64,000 nt of DNA, from positions 288,001-352,000 of the forward strand of contig OZ219790.1 of NCBI GenBank assembly GCA_964291215.2, given 5' to 3'. Every line of letters starts with the position of its first letter. The stretch's first letter is position 1. A program made the position numbers and the translations under genes. Origin of the DNA: Alphaproteobacteria bacterium (lineage in GTDB: Bacteria > Pseudomonadota > Alphaproteobacteria > MPNO01 > UBA830). Under the pieces are notes generated by a model. It ran no database searches. It saw only the letters and a program-made list of their open reading frames with translations, and was not told the DNA's origin. Of this stretch, positions 21,478-31,295 are shown piece after piece.

Positions 21478-22332
21478 ATGGATCCGATCCTCACCACCAA
21501 CATCCTGAATGTGGTGTACGAGGTCTTCACCCTGGCGGTCGTCGTTCTCGGCCTTGCCGTCGTGTTCGGCCTGCTCGGCGTCATGAATCTCGCCCATGGC
21601 GAGTTCGTCATGATCGGCGCCTACTGCGCCTTCTTCGTCCAGACCCAGCAACTGCCGTTCCTCGCCGCCGTGCCCTTGGCGCTGCTCGTGTGCGGTTTCC
21701 TGGGGCTCGTCGTAGAGCGGCTGCTCGTACGTCCGCTCTACGCTCGTCCGTTCGATACGCTGCTGGCGACCTGGGGCCTGAGCATGCTGCTGCGCGAGGC
21801 CGTCGAGGCGGTCTACGGCCGGGCTTACCGCAGCGTCGCCACGCCGCTGACCGACAGCGTCGATGTGTTCGGCGCGGACTATCCGTCCTACCGCTTGCTG
21901 CTCACGATCGTTTCGATCGCGCTTGTCGGCGGGTTGGTCTGGTGGTTCGTGCGCAGCGCCACCGGCCGGCGCATCCGAGCCGTGGTCAACAATCCGGAAC
22001 TGGCCGGATCGGTGGGCATTCCGGTCACCGCACTGACGCGCAACACCTTCGTTTTCGGCTGCTGCCTCGCCGCTCTCGCCGGCGTGATGCTGGCACCGCT
22101 GCTGCCGGTCAACCCGACCCTGGGCCTGGATTTCATCCTCAAATCCTTCTTCGTCCTCGTGGTCGGCGGGCTCGGCAGCCTGGTTGGCCTGATCTCCGGC
22201 GCTGGCGTCATCGGCAGCGTCGAGGGCATCGTCAGCGCTTTCCTGGACCGGACCTACGGCTACACGACCGTCCTCATCATCGCGATCCTGTTCCTCTGGC
22301 TGCGCCCCAATGGCCTCTTTCCTCGGACATAG
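21478..22332 (+). CDS. ABC permease, UrtB/LivH-like
   Basis: GLLGVMNLAHGEFVMIGAY and LLATWGLS motifs. Confidence 0.92.
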   Translation: MDPILTTNILNVVYEVFTLAVVVLGLAVVFGLLGVMNLAHGEFVMIGAYCAFFVQTQQLPFLAAVPLALLVCGFLGLVVERLLVRPLYARPFDTLLATWGLSMLLREAVEAVYGRAYRSVATPLTDSVDVFGADYPSYRLLLTIVSIALVGGLVWWFVRSATGRRIRAVVNNPELAGSVGIPVTALTRNTFVFGCCLAALAGVMLAPLLPVNPTLGLDFILKSFFVLVVGGLGSLVGLISGAGVIGSVEGIVSAFLDRTYGYTTVLIIAILFLWLRPNGLFPRT

Positions 22333-24040
22333 CGCGGCCCTGGTCGCAGCGCTCGCCGTGCTGCCCCAGCTGGTCGGCGAATTCTGGGCCTACACGCTGG
22401 CGCTCTATTTCCTCTACGCCATTGCGTCGCTCGGCATCGGCCTGTGCTGGGGCCAGGCGGGGTTTCTGCCGCTCGGTCAGGCCATGTTCTTCGGCCTGGC
22501 GGCCTATCTGTCCGGCCTGTCGCTGATCCACTTCAAGGACAGCTGGATGCTATTGCTCCTGCTGCCGGCGGCGGCGCTGGCGCCGGGGCTGCTCGCCTAC
22601 GGCATCGGCCTGCTGGTGTTCCGCGGCCGGACGCTGAGCGGGCCGTTCTTCGCCATGATCACGCTGGCGCTCACCCTGCTCGCCTTCCAGATCGCCAACA
22701 GCTGGAACGACGTGACCGGCGGCTTCAACGGTCTCAAGAATATCCCCGGCCTGCCGGGGCTGAGCGACTTCACGGACCTCTACTACATCTCCGCGGTCGC
22801 GCTCGCCGCCTGTCTGCTCGGCATCGCTTGGTTGCGACGCGCGCCGGCCGGGGTCCTCTGGCAGGCAGTCGCCCAGAACGAGCAGCGAGTGCGCTTCTGC
22901 GGCTTCGCGGTGCAGAATGTGAAAGCTGCCGTGTTCGGCCTAAGCGGGGTGCTCGCTGGCATCGGCGGCGCCCTCTATGCACCCCAGCAAAACTTGGTTA
23001 CGCCGCAGTTGTGCGGCTTTCTCCTGTCGGCTGACCTGGTGATCTGGGCGGCGGTCGGCGGGCGAGCCACGCTCTACGGCCCGGTTGTCGGCACCGTCCT
23101 GATCGGCATCCTGACCGCCGACCTGCGCGACGAGATCAGCTATTGGGAGGTCATCCTCGCCGCCATTTTCATCGTCGTCGTGCTGTATTTCCGCCAGGGG
23201 TTGATGGGCTTCGTAGAGCCTCTGTTCGAGCGGCTGTCACGCCGCCGCGCCGACCGCGTTCTCGACAGCCCTCCCCGGCCCGAAGCGTCCGGCGATACCG
23301 GGTTTGCACTCGACGACGTGCGCGTGCGCATGGGCTCGGTCAGCATCCTGGAGGGGCTCGCCCTGACGATCGACCGGCCCGGCATTTATTGTCTGATCGG
23401 GCCGAATGGCGCGGGCAAGACATCCTGCTTCAACGCCATGACCGGGGAACTGCCCGTGCGCAGCGGGCAGATCCGCATCTTCGGCAAGGCGCGCACCGAC
23501 ATGGTGGCTGACCTGCTGAGCCGGATCGGTGTCGGGCGCAAGTTCCAGGCGCCGAGCCTGTTCCCGGGCCTCACCGTGGCGGAGAATTTCAATATCGGCC
23601 TGTGGGGTGGCCGGGCCCGCCTGCGCGATCTCGTCAGCATGCGCAGCCACGGCTGGTCCAGCGCCATCCTGCGCGAGGCGCAGAGCCGCTTTCCCTTCCT
23701 CGCCGAGGAGGACCGGCGCGCCGGCGACCTCTCGCACGGTCAGCGCCAGATCCTAGAACTAGTCATGGTCCTGATCGCAGAACCGCGGCTGCTGCTGCTG
23801 GACGAACCGTCGGCCGGCCTGTCGCCGACCGAAACTCAGGAGGTGATCGAGGCGATCCGCTGGGTCGGCGGACGGCTGAACGCCTGCACGGTGATCGTCG
23901 AGCACGACATGACCTTCGTGCGCGAACTGGCCGACCGCATTTTCGTATTGCACCAAGGCCGGCTGCTCGCGTCGGGCACGGTTGCGGAAATCCAGGCGGA
24001 TGAACGGGTCCGGGCCGTCTATGTCGGAGCTTCGGCATGA
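22310..24040 (+). CDS. Fused ABC permease-ATPase, UrtC-UrtD (LivM-LivG)-like
   Basis: TM domain followed by GPNGAGKT, LSHGQRQ, LLLDEP and VEHD. Confidence 0.92.
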   Translation: MASFLGHSAALVAALAVLPQLVGEFWAYTLALYFLYAIASLGIGLCWGQAGFLPLGQAMFFGLAAYLSGLSLIHFKDSWMLLLLLPAAALAPGLLAYGIGLLVFRGRTLSGPFFAMITLALTLLAFQIANSWNDVTGGFNGLKNIPGLPGLSDFTDLYYISAVALAACLLGIAWLRRAPAGVLWQAVAQNEQRVRFCGFAVQNVKAAVFGLSGVLAGIGGALYAPQQNLVTPQLCGFLLSADLVIWAAVGGRATLYGPVVGTVLIGILTADLRDEISYWEVILAAIFIVVVLYFRQGLMGFVEPLFERLSRRRADRVLDSPPRPEASGDTGFALDDVRVRMGSVSILEGLALTIDRPGIYCLIGPNGAGKTSCFNAMTGELPVRSGQIRIFGKARTDMVADLLSRIGVGRKFQAPSLFPGLTVAENFNIGLWGGRARLRDLVSMRSHGWSSAILREAQSRFPFLAEEDRRAGDLSHGQRQILELVMVLIAEPRLLLLDEPSAGLSPTETQEVIEAIRWVGGRLNACTVIVEHDMTFVRELADRIFVLHQGRLLASGTVAEIQADERVRAVYVGASA

Positions 24041-24744
24041 ACGGGGGTGTGAGCGGGCCGCTGTTTTCCTTCTCCGGCGTCACCGGCGGCTACGGCGCGA
24101 CCACGATCGTCCGGTCAGCCGACGGCGAGGTCTCGCGGGGCGAGGCCTGTTGCGTGCTCGGCCGCAACGGCGTTGGCAAGACGACCCTGATGCGCCTGCT
24201 CACCGGCCATCTGCCGCTCCAGTCGGGCTCGGTACGATTCGACGGGCAATTGCTGGACGGACTGCCGCCCGACCGGCGCCACGGCCTGGGGCTGATCTAT
24301 TGCCCCCAAGAACGGCCGGTGTTCGACAATCTCTCAATCCGTGAAAACCTGACCCTGATGGCGCCGGCTATCGACGAAGGCCGCTACGCTCCGTTCTTCG
24401 CTGCCTTTCCGATCCTCGAAGCCCGGATAGCCCAGTCGGCCGGCACACTGAGCGGCGGCGAACGGAAAATCCTGTCATTCGTGCGCGCCGTCGCCGAATC
24501 CGGGCGATTGCTCCTGCTCGACGAGCCGAGCGAAGGCGTGCAGCAGGAAAATGTCGAACGGATGGCCGGCTTCCTGCATGAGGCCAAGGCCGCGGGACGG
24601 GCTCTCCTGATCGTCGAACAGAATCTCGCCTTCGCCCTCGACATCGCCGACCTGGTGATCGTCATGGATCGCGGCGAGGTCGTTCTCGCCGGCACCGCGG
24701 CGGACCTGACCGAAGAGACGCTGGCAGCGCACATGCATGTGTGA
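24037..24744 (+). CDS. ABC ATPase, UrtE/LivF-like
   Basis: GRNGVGKT, LSGGERK, LLLDEPSEG and VEQN motifs. Confidence 0.92.
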   Translation: MNGGVSGPLFSFSGVTGGYGATTIVRSADGEVSRGEACCVLGRNGVGKTTLMRLLTGHLPLQSGSVRFDGQLLDGLPPDRRHGLGLIYCPQERPVFDNLSIRENLTLMAPAIDEGRYAPFFAAFPILEARIAQSAGTLSGGERKILSFVRAVAESGRLLLLDEPSEGVQQENVERMAGFLHEAKAAGRALLIVEQNLAFALDIADLVIVMDRGEVVLAGTAADLTEETLAAHMHV

Positions 24745-24904
24745 GAACGGAAGTGTAGGGGTGTCGGCGGCGATTCAGAACGGTGGGATTTCGGCGGTGA
24801 ACCGCGCTTTTGAGCGGTTGGCTGTGTGGATTGGGCGAACACAGGTACGAGGACATGCGGCGTTGACGAGAGGCCGCACGGTCTTCGTTTTCTGCCTGTT
24901 GTCG

Positions 24905-25190
24905 GGTCCTGGTGTTGATGATGTCGTTCCAGTCGGCGTTTTCTGGCGGTCGGCGTCTGTGGAGCGTGACGCGAGGGGGACCTTCAGCCTTGTGCGCAGG
25001 GTTTCGGCCTGACGTTCTCCGGCCTCGTCGTGGTCCTGCGCGAGGACGATGGTCCTGACGTTGGGAAGGCTCCTTGCGACGAGGCTGATCTGTTGGTGCT
25101 GGCGTCGCGAGGGCGCCCCGGGCCCGGACAACAGGACCCAGGCGACAGGGAAGGCAGACGATCCCGCGAATCGCCAAAATCCCGCCGTTT
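24905..25190 (-). pseudogene. Toprim-domain fragment, probably a conjugative-element relic
   Basis: IVLAQDHDEAGERQA followed by a frameshifted PPENADWND; boundaries approximate. Confidence 0.5.
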
Positions 25191-25199
25191 TATGCAACC

Positions 25200-25478
25200 G
25201 ACAACAGACGCTCTGCCCTCCAGCAAGAAGCTTCTGCTCGACATCGTTCGCATGATCGCCTACCGCGCCGAGACCCGGATGATGTCCGCCGTCGCCGTGG
25301 CGCAGGGCGCAAAGCAGCGTCCGCGACGCCCCCTCGCCGAACTGTTCCAGTCGGACGCCGACATCATCCCCGACCCGGAGAACCAAGACTCTTCTTTTGT
25401 CACCCCCGTTCCATAGTGAATTGCAACACATGATGGGCTGTGACCATGTGTTTTTAGACACATGATGTTGCGGAGCGG
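25200..25478 (+). mobile_element. IS shards: a piece of the 46.6-48.7 kb transposase plus an IS30 left end
   Basis: LLDIVRMIAYRAETRMM repeated from about 48.4 kb; 25402-25478 matches 10511-10585. Confidence 0.7.
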
Positions 25479-27946
25479 GATTACGCAAACTGATGTCTGG
25501 AAATTGTCGTGAAGCTGATCGAGCTGTTCCCATTTGATCTTGGTTTCGGTTTCCCATTTTTCGTCGATGAGGACCGCGGTTGAGAGGCGCTCCAACGAGG
25601 CGAGGTTTGGAAAGACCCTGACTTTGGAGGTGCGCCGCTTGAGCTCTTGCTGGATCGGTCGCTCGATGCCGTTCGAGGTTCGCATACGTTTGTGGTGAGC
25701 ATCGGGCAAGGTGAAGACAGCGAGCCCCGCATTGTTTTCCAGCCAGGAAGCCTGGATGCTTGTCGCGATAGCTGGCCACGAGGGCGCCCAGTTCAGCCTC
25801 GGCGGTTTGGAGTGAGGAGGCATGGCTCCGAGCTGTTTTCCAATACGTTTCCTGATGTCGTTGTTCGGTGCACGGCGTTTTGCGCCAAGTGGAATTGGCA
25901 GCGCTGCCATGTCGCCGCGCCCAGCACCGCGCGTCGTGCCGCTTTCAGCCCGGCATCCGAGACAATGAAGGTCGTACCATGCAGGGCTAGCAAGCTTTCC
26001 AGGAAGGCTCTCCAATGGACCTCGGCCTCGGAGAGCGCCACAGAGAGCCCCAGAACGTGCCTGCAGCCCCTATTCCGATGGCCGAGAGTACTGCGACATC
26101 GCGCACAACGCCGTCATGGCGGGCTTTTTCGTAGCGCGCATCCAGGATCAGGTATTTCATCAGGGGCCGGTTGCGCGGTGAGTTCTTCATCGAGCAACTT
26201 GGTGGCCCGGCTGACCTGAGAAGAGGACAGGCTCCCGAACTCGCGCATTACATCCTGCCGCGTGGAAACACCCTTGATGTACATCTCGGCTACGGCCACG
26301 GCGCGAGAAGATCGCTGGCCGCGTTCAAGCGACTGGGGGGGTCGTCCCCGTGACCGTTTGGCACCTGAACGGCAACAGCGGGGGTGTCGATCCGCTTGTA
26401 GCCGTTGGCATAGCCCTGTCGCTCCGGTGGCCCGCTTTCAAGTACTGCTCGCGCTCGATTTGCATCGCAAGCTCGAAGAGCTGGCCAAAGACCCGCCCCA
26501 GATCCGTTGCTCCGTTTGCGATCAGATGTTCCAAAACAGTCCCGATCGTCGTAGTGTGTCGCAGGTCCATTCGCTTCCTCCATGAATGTTTCCAACTCCA
26601 TGGGATAGCACGATGGCGCCGCGTTTCACTGGGGGGCTAGTAGTCCACCGGCATTGTATTGATGGTTTTTTGTGGGTAGTATTTCCGTGTCGGCGTTCGT
26701 TGGAATCCGGACAGTACCGATATCCACATGGGCAGATGCCGAACAGGCAGGCAGCCCCATGCGCAGGTCCGGACAACGGGCATGTCCGCAGGTCTTCGGC
26801 GCAATGACAGGAGCGGCGCATATGGCCAACTCTCGGGGCAGGAAGCTCTACCGCGTGACCCTTTCAACGCAGGAGCGCCAGGATCTGAAGGCGATCGTCG
26901 ACGGCACCGGGGCCGCCTGGCGTCGGCGCCGGGCACAGGTCCTGATGCTGAGGGGCGCGACGGCGCTCGGCTTGTCGATGCCGACATAGGGCTGGGCATC
27001 GGCACGGCGACGGTCGAGCGCTTGCGCTGCGTCCTGGAGGGGCTGGACGCCGCCCTCAGCCGCAAGGAGCAGGTGAACCGCCGGCCGAAACGGGGGCGAT
27101 GGAGGCGAAGCTGGTCGCCCTGCTCATCCCCGCCCGAGGGCTGTGGACGCTGAAGCTGCTCGCCGGCCGTCTGGTGGAGATCGTCGAGCGCATTTCGGAA
27201 GAGACGGTCAGGAAGACGCTAAAAAAAGGAGATCAAGCCGTGGCTGAACTGGTGCATTCCACCGCACCGGAGCGCACAGTTCGTGGCAGCGATGGAGGAC
27301 ATGCTTGACATTTATCAGCGGGACTTTGCCAGGGACGAGGTGCTGGTGTGCGAAACCAGCCGGCAGCAGACGAAGGAAACCCGCATCCCCCGGTCAGCCG
27401 GAGGTGGTCGACTATGAATATGAACGCAACGGTACGGCCAACCTCTTCATGGCCTTTGCGCCCAACGAAAACTGGCGCACGGTGAAAGTCACCGACCGCC
27501 GCGGGACTGGGCGCACTTCATCCGGGAGCTTGCCGACGATCATTTCCCCGACAGGAAGATCGTGCTGGACAATCTGAACACGCACAGTCACTGTATGAAG
27601 CCTTCGAGCCCGAGGAGGCGGGTACGAAAGCGGTTCGAGTTTCGCTATACGCCGAAGCACGGAAGCTGGCTCAACATGGCCGAGATCAAGATCGGCGCAC
27701 TGTCGCGGCAATGCCTTCGGCGACGCATTCCCGACCGCGACACCATGCTGCGGGAGACCGTGGCGTGGGTCGAGCGCCGCAATGCGGCCGATGTCACTGT
27801 CGACTGGCGTTTCACGACGAAGGATGCCCGGACGAAACTGAAGTCACTATATCCGTCAATACAATAATGTTAGACTACTAGCCCCCCAGTGAAACGCCTC
27901 AAAGCGCAAACCTCAGACAAATTTCCAGACATCAAGTTACAGTACC
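25479..27946 (-). mobile_element. IS256-family element, degraded (copy 2), with IS630 inside
   Basis: Inverted near-copy of 15952-17172 with the same TIRs. Confidence 0.9.
26640..27878 (+). mobile_element. IS630-family element, degraded
   Basis: TA duplication; TIRs GTAGTCCACCGGCATTGTATTGA / TCAATACAATAATGTTAGACTAC; A7G slippery site at about 27221; DYEYERNGT, LDNLNTH and TPKHGSWLNMAE. Confidence 0.92.
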
Positions 27947-28224
27947 GTCTCGCAAGCGCCCGGGCCGGCAGCAAGAGGAACGCTGACGGTGATCCGGTGC
28001 ACAACTTCCGTACCCTGATCGACGATCTCGCCATCCTCACCCGCAACACCGTGGCGCCCCGCCTTGCGGGCGCCGAATCCTTCCAGCTCACCTCGCGGCC
28101 CACGCCGGTCCAGAAAAAGGCCCTCGATCTCCTGGGCGTAAAGCCCTGGTGTACCCGGACCGCTGAAATTTATTGAATGTGATTTCTATCAGGCACTTAC
28201 GTCTGATCGGCTCTGGAACTTCGG
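27947..28224 (+). mobile_element. IS1634-family 3' remnant
   Basis: PVHNFRTLIDDLAILTRN and PTPVQKKALDLLGV; ends GGAACTTCGG. Confidence 0.7.
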
Positions 28225-28357
28225 GTGAGAAGCTGGCAGCTGCCCGCTCAGCCGTGCACGAAATCACTCCGGGTGACTCTGGAACTCCCTAACAAAAGCC
28301 CGTCAAACGGACGAAAACAACAACACCTCACCGCACGAACGAACGCTTACCTTCGGT

Positions 28358-31291
28358 CTAGACGACCTGACGCTGCGCCAGGTCAGCAAAGAGGCCGCCT
28401 CGAGCCATGAGCTCTTCATACTGACCGGTCTCGACGATTCGGCCCTCCTTCATCACGAATATCCTGTCGGCATCGCGGATCGTGCTAAGCCGATGGGCGA
28501 TAACGATGCGCGTGATGTTGAGTGTCCGGAGCGATTCCTGAACTGTCAATTGAGTTCGATTGTCAAGAGCACTGGTCGCCTCATCGAACAGCATGATCCG
28601 CGGCTTACGGGCCAAAGCGCGGGCGATCAGCACCCTTTGCTTCTGTCCGCCGGATAGTCCTGTGCCGCCTTCAGGCAGCACCGTATGCATCCCCATCGGC
28701 ATGGCCCGGATATCGTCCTCAAGTCCTGCAGCCCGGGCGGCCGTCCAGGCATCCTCCATGGTCAACGAAGAAGAGCCCGAAACATTCTCCAGAATGCTCG
28801 CGGCAACCAGCTTGCTGTCCTGCATTACAACCCCCATCAGGTTCCGGATCGTTGGAAGGTCGAGATGCAGGAGGTCATAACCATCAATCAAAACCGCTCC
28901 CGAATCGGGGCGTTCAAAGCCGAGCAGCAGACGATAGAGCGTCGATTTCCCGGAACCGGACGGCCCGACGAATGCCACATAATCGCCTTGCCGGATCCGG
29001 AAGGATACATCGTCCACCGCGTTGGGCGCGTCCGGCAGATAGCGGAAGGTAACCCGAGTAAACTCGATATGTCCTGTGAGGTCGGTCGGGACGAAACTGC
29101 CGACGCTGCTCTCAGGCGGAGATTCGAGGATCGGTCGGACGCGCTCGAACAGCGGGACGGTGCTGCTGATCGTCGTCCACGAGCCGGTCAGGGCAACGAT
29201 CGAGGCGGCAAACTGTCCGAACGCCGCATTGAAGGACAGGAAGTCGGCAATGTCGAAGGATTCCTGCGCCCCACCTTCGATGAGCGAATACCATATAAAG
29301 GCAAAGAGAACGAGTAGGGACACCGGCATGAACATTGCATTCACGGAGTGCTGTCCGGCTCCCCATAATCGCGCGGTGAGCGTGGCACGCCGCTGGGCGG
29401 CGAACTGCTGCGCCCATAGCGCAAGCGCATAAAATTCGGCGTTCGCCATCCGGAGCTTGCCCACCCCGGTGATCATCTGAAAGACGAACCCGTCGATAAG
29501 TCCCTGTGTACGAAACGCAGTGCGGTAGGAACGCACTTGGCGGCCTACCAGAAACCATGATGCTGCGACCAGCGCGAGCGAGATGCCGAACGCGCAGAGG
29601 GCAAGTGTCCAGCTGTAGTAGAAGAGCAGCAAGAGGCTGAAGACGGAGAACAGGCTGCTGACCAGCCCATGCACGGTGGCTCCGGTCAGCAGTTGTCGGA
29701 TCATGCCGACGCCATTTGCCCGGTCCGCGAGGTCGCCCACGGTAAAGCGGCGGAAAAACGATGTCGGCAAGGAAACCAGCCGGTTCCACACGGAGGATTG
29801 GAGCTGTTCGTCGATCCGGCCCTCGACCCGTAACGCCGCCAAGGCGCCCACGACATCGAACGCCGCGGCGCCTAGCGCACCCAGTCCAAGCGCGCCGAGC
29901 GCAGCGATCCACATCTCCGTGTCCCCGCGCGGAATGATCTCGGCCAGCAACTCGCCTGTGATGATCGGTGTCAAGAGGGCGACCAGGCTGCCCAGGACGG
30001 CCATTGCCGCCAGGAGCCGGAAGTCCCTTCCGCACCGGCGCAAGGCGTGAAACAGCGCCGCCAGGCCGGTCCGGACATGGTCCGGCAGGGGAGCGTACAG
30101 CATGAAGGCGCGACGTTCGATTCCCGCGGCGGCCTTGCGGTCGACAGCCCAGGTCCGCCCGGCCGCCGGATCGACGGCGCGGTAGGAGCCGCGGCCGTTC
30201 GAAAGTACCGCCAGCGGCCGCGCCTCATCGGTCGAATGCCCGACGAAGGAGGGCCCGTGGCGCTTGGGCCAGTCGTCCGCAAGCGCTATCTCGCGCGTCC
30301 TCATCCCGGAAAGACGGACGAACGAGGCGAGGACTCTCGCGTCGACCGCCTCGTTCGCTTGGCCGCTGTCCGGGGCAGCGTTCAGATTGCCGCCGAGGGA
30401 CCTAGCGACCAGACTCGCCGCCGTGAACAAGGGTGCGCGGTTGGCTGTCGGCGCCGCAATCTCGTCGCCTGCCGACGTGTTCAGGACCTCGCCGATGCCC
30501 CGGAGGATCGTCGATGTGACCGCCTCGCGGTCCTTGCGGCGAGTCCGGTTGCGTTCCCGGGTGGCGGTGACGTCCCTTTCGTCGACGAGCAGCGCCGATC
30601 TCAGCAGCAGCGTGCTGAACCGGTCCAGGGCCGGCCAGAGCCGGTCCGTGCCCAAGAGCGCCGGTGTGTGCACCGCCGAGACCTCGGTGTCGGCGGCGAG
30701 ATGCAACCAGGTCCATTCCGACAGCGGCAGAAGCGCCCCCGCCTCGACGGCGAACTCCCGGTTTCCGAGGAAATGGGTCGACCGGTCGGCCGAGACCCAG
30801 ATCACGTCCGAATGATGCGCGCCCACCGCGAGGCCGGCGGGGTAGGACACGTTCGGATCGGCTTCGAGCAACTGTATGTCGCGCGGCGGCAGAAGCTGGT
30901 TTCGGGACAGAAACTCCGACAGGTTCGATACCCACCCGTCGATGAGGGCGACCGTGCCGATACTCAACGCTCCTTCGGCGTTGAGTATCGATCGTTCCGT
31001 CTCCATGATGGAAGCGTCTCGAGACGGAACGGCCAAGAAGGAGAACTTCTCCTGACCGGACTCGGCGCTTTCCAGCGCCGGTCCGTCAAGGGCGGCCTGG
31101 CCGGCGACGACACGGGTAATGAAGGGGCTGCGGTGGAGCGGCAGGCCGCCACTGCTCCTGACCGCGAAAATGTCCAGATAGCCCCGGGCGACAATGACGA
31201 TGCGCTTGGGACCGTTCAGAACGATGGGGCTGAACGCGCCCGTTTCCCGGGCCGGGCCGGAAATGCGCCCGATGGAGTCGGGTACGAGCAC
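28358..31291 (-). CDS. NHLP bacteriocin export ABC transporter permease/ATPase (no peptidase domain)
   Basis: 977 aa; long N-terminal domain, TMD, GPSGSGKS and LSGGQKQR; position in the NHLP transporter trio. Confidence 0.9.
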   Translation of the reverse strand: MLVPDSIGRISGPARETGAFSPIVLNGPKRIVIVARGYLDIFAVRSSGGLPLHRSPFITRVVAGQAALDGPALESAESGQEKFSFLAVPSRDASIMETERSILNAEGALSIGTVALIDGWVSNLSEFLSRNQLLPPRDIQLLEADPNVSYPAGLAVGAHHSDVIWVSADRSTHFLGNREFAVEAGALLPLSEWTWLHLAADTEVSAVHTPALLGTDRLWPALDRFSTLLLRSALLVDERDVTATRERNRTRRKDREAVTSTILRGIGEVLNTSAGDEIAAPTANRAPLFTAASLVARSLGGNLNAAPDSGQANEAVDARVLASFVRLSGMRTREIALADDWPKRHGPSFVGHSTDEARPLAVLSNGRGSYRAVDPAAGRTWAVDRKAAAGIERRAFMLYAPLPDHVRTGLAALFHALRRCGRDFRLLAAMAVLGSLVALLTPIITGELLAEIIPRGDTEMWIAALGALGLGALGAAAFDVVGALAALRVEGRIDEQLQSSVWNRLVSLPTSFFRRFTVGDLADRANGVGMIRQLLTGATVHGLVSSLFSVFSLLLLFYYSWTLALCAFGISLALVAASWFLVGRQVRSYRTAFRTQGLIDGFVFQMITGVGKLRMANAEFYALALWAQQFAAQRRATLTARLWGAGQHSVNAMFMPVSLLVLFAFIWYSLIEGGAQESFDIADFLSFNAAFGQFAASIVALTGSWTTISSTVPLFERVRPILESPPESSVGSFVPTDLTGHIEFTRVTFRYLPDAPNAVDDVSFRIRQGDYVAFVGPSGSGKSTLYRLLLGFERPDSGAVLIDGYDLLHLDLPTIRNLMGVVMQDSKLVAASILENVSGSSSLTMEDAWTAARAAGLEDDIRAMPMGMHTVLPEGGTGLSGGQKQRVLIARALARKPRIMLFDEATSALDNRTQLTVQESLRTLNITRIVIAHRLSTIRDADRIFVMKEGRIVETGQYEELMARGGLFADLAQRQVV

Positions 31292-31295
31292 GCTC

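Noticed and set aside
15952-27946. Composite transposon of inverted IS256 copies carrying the amidase-ABC operon
   Set aside because: Copy 1 lies inside an IS66 whose TSD is intact on both sides, and the outer flanks share no duplication, so these look like independent insertions.
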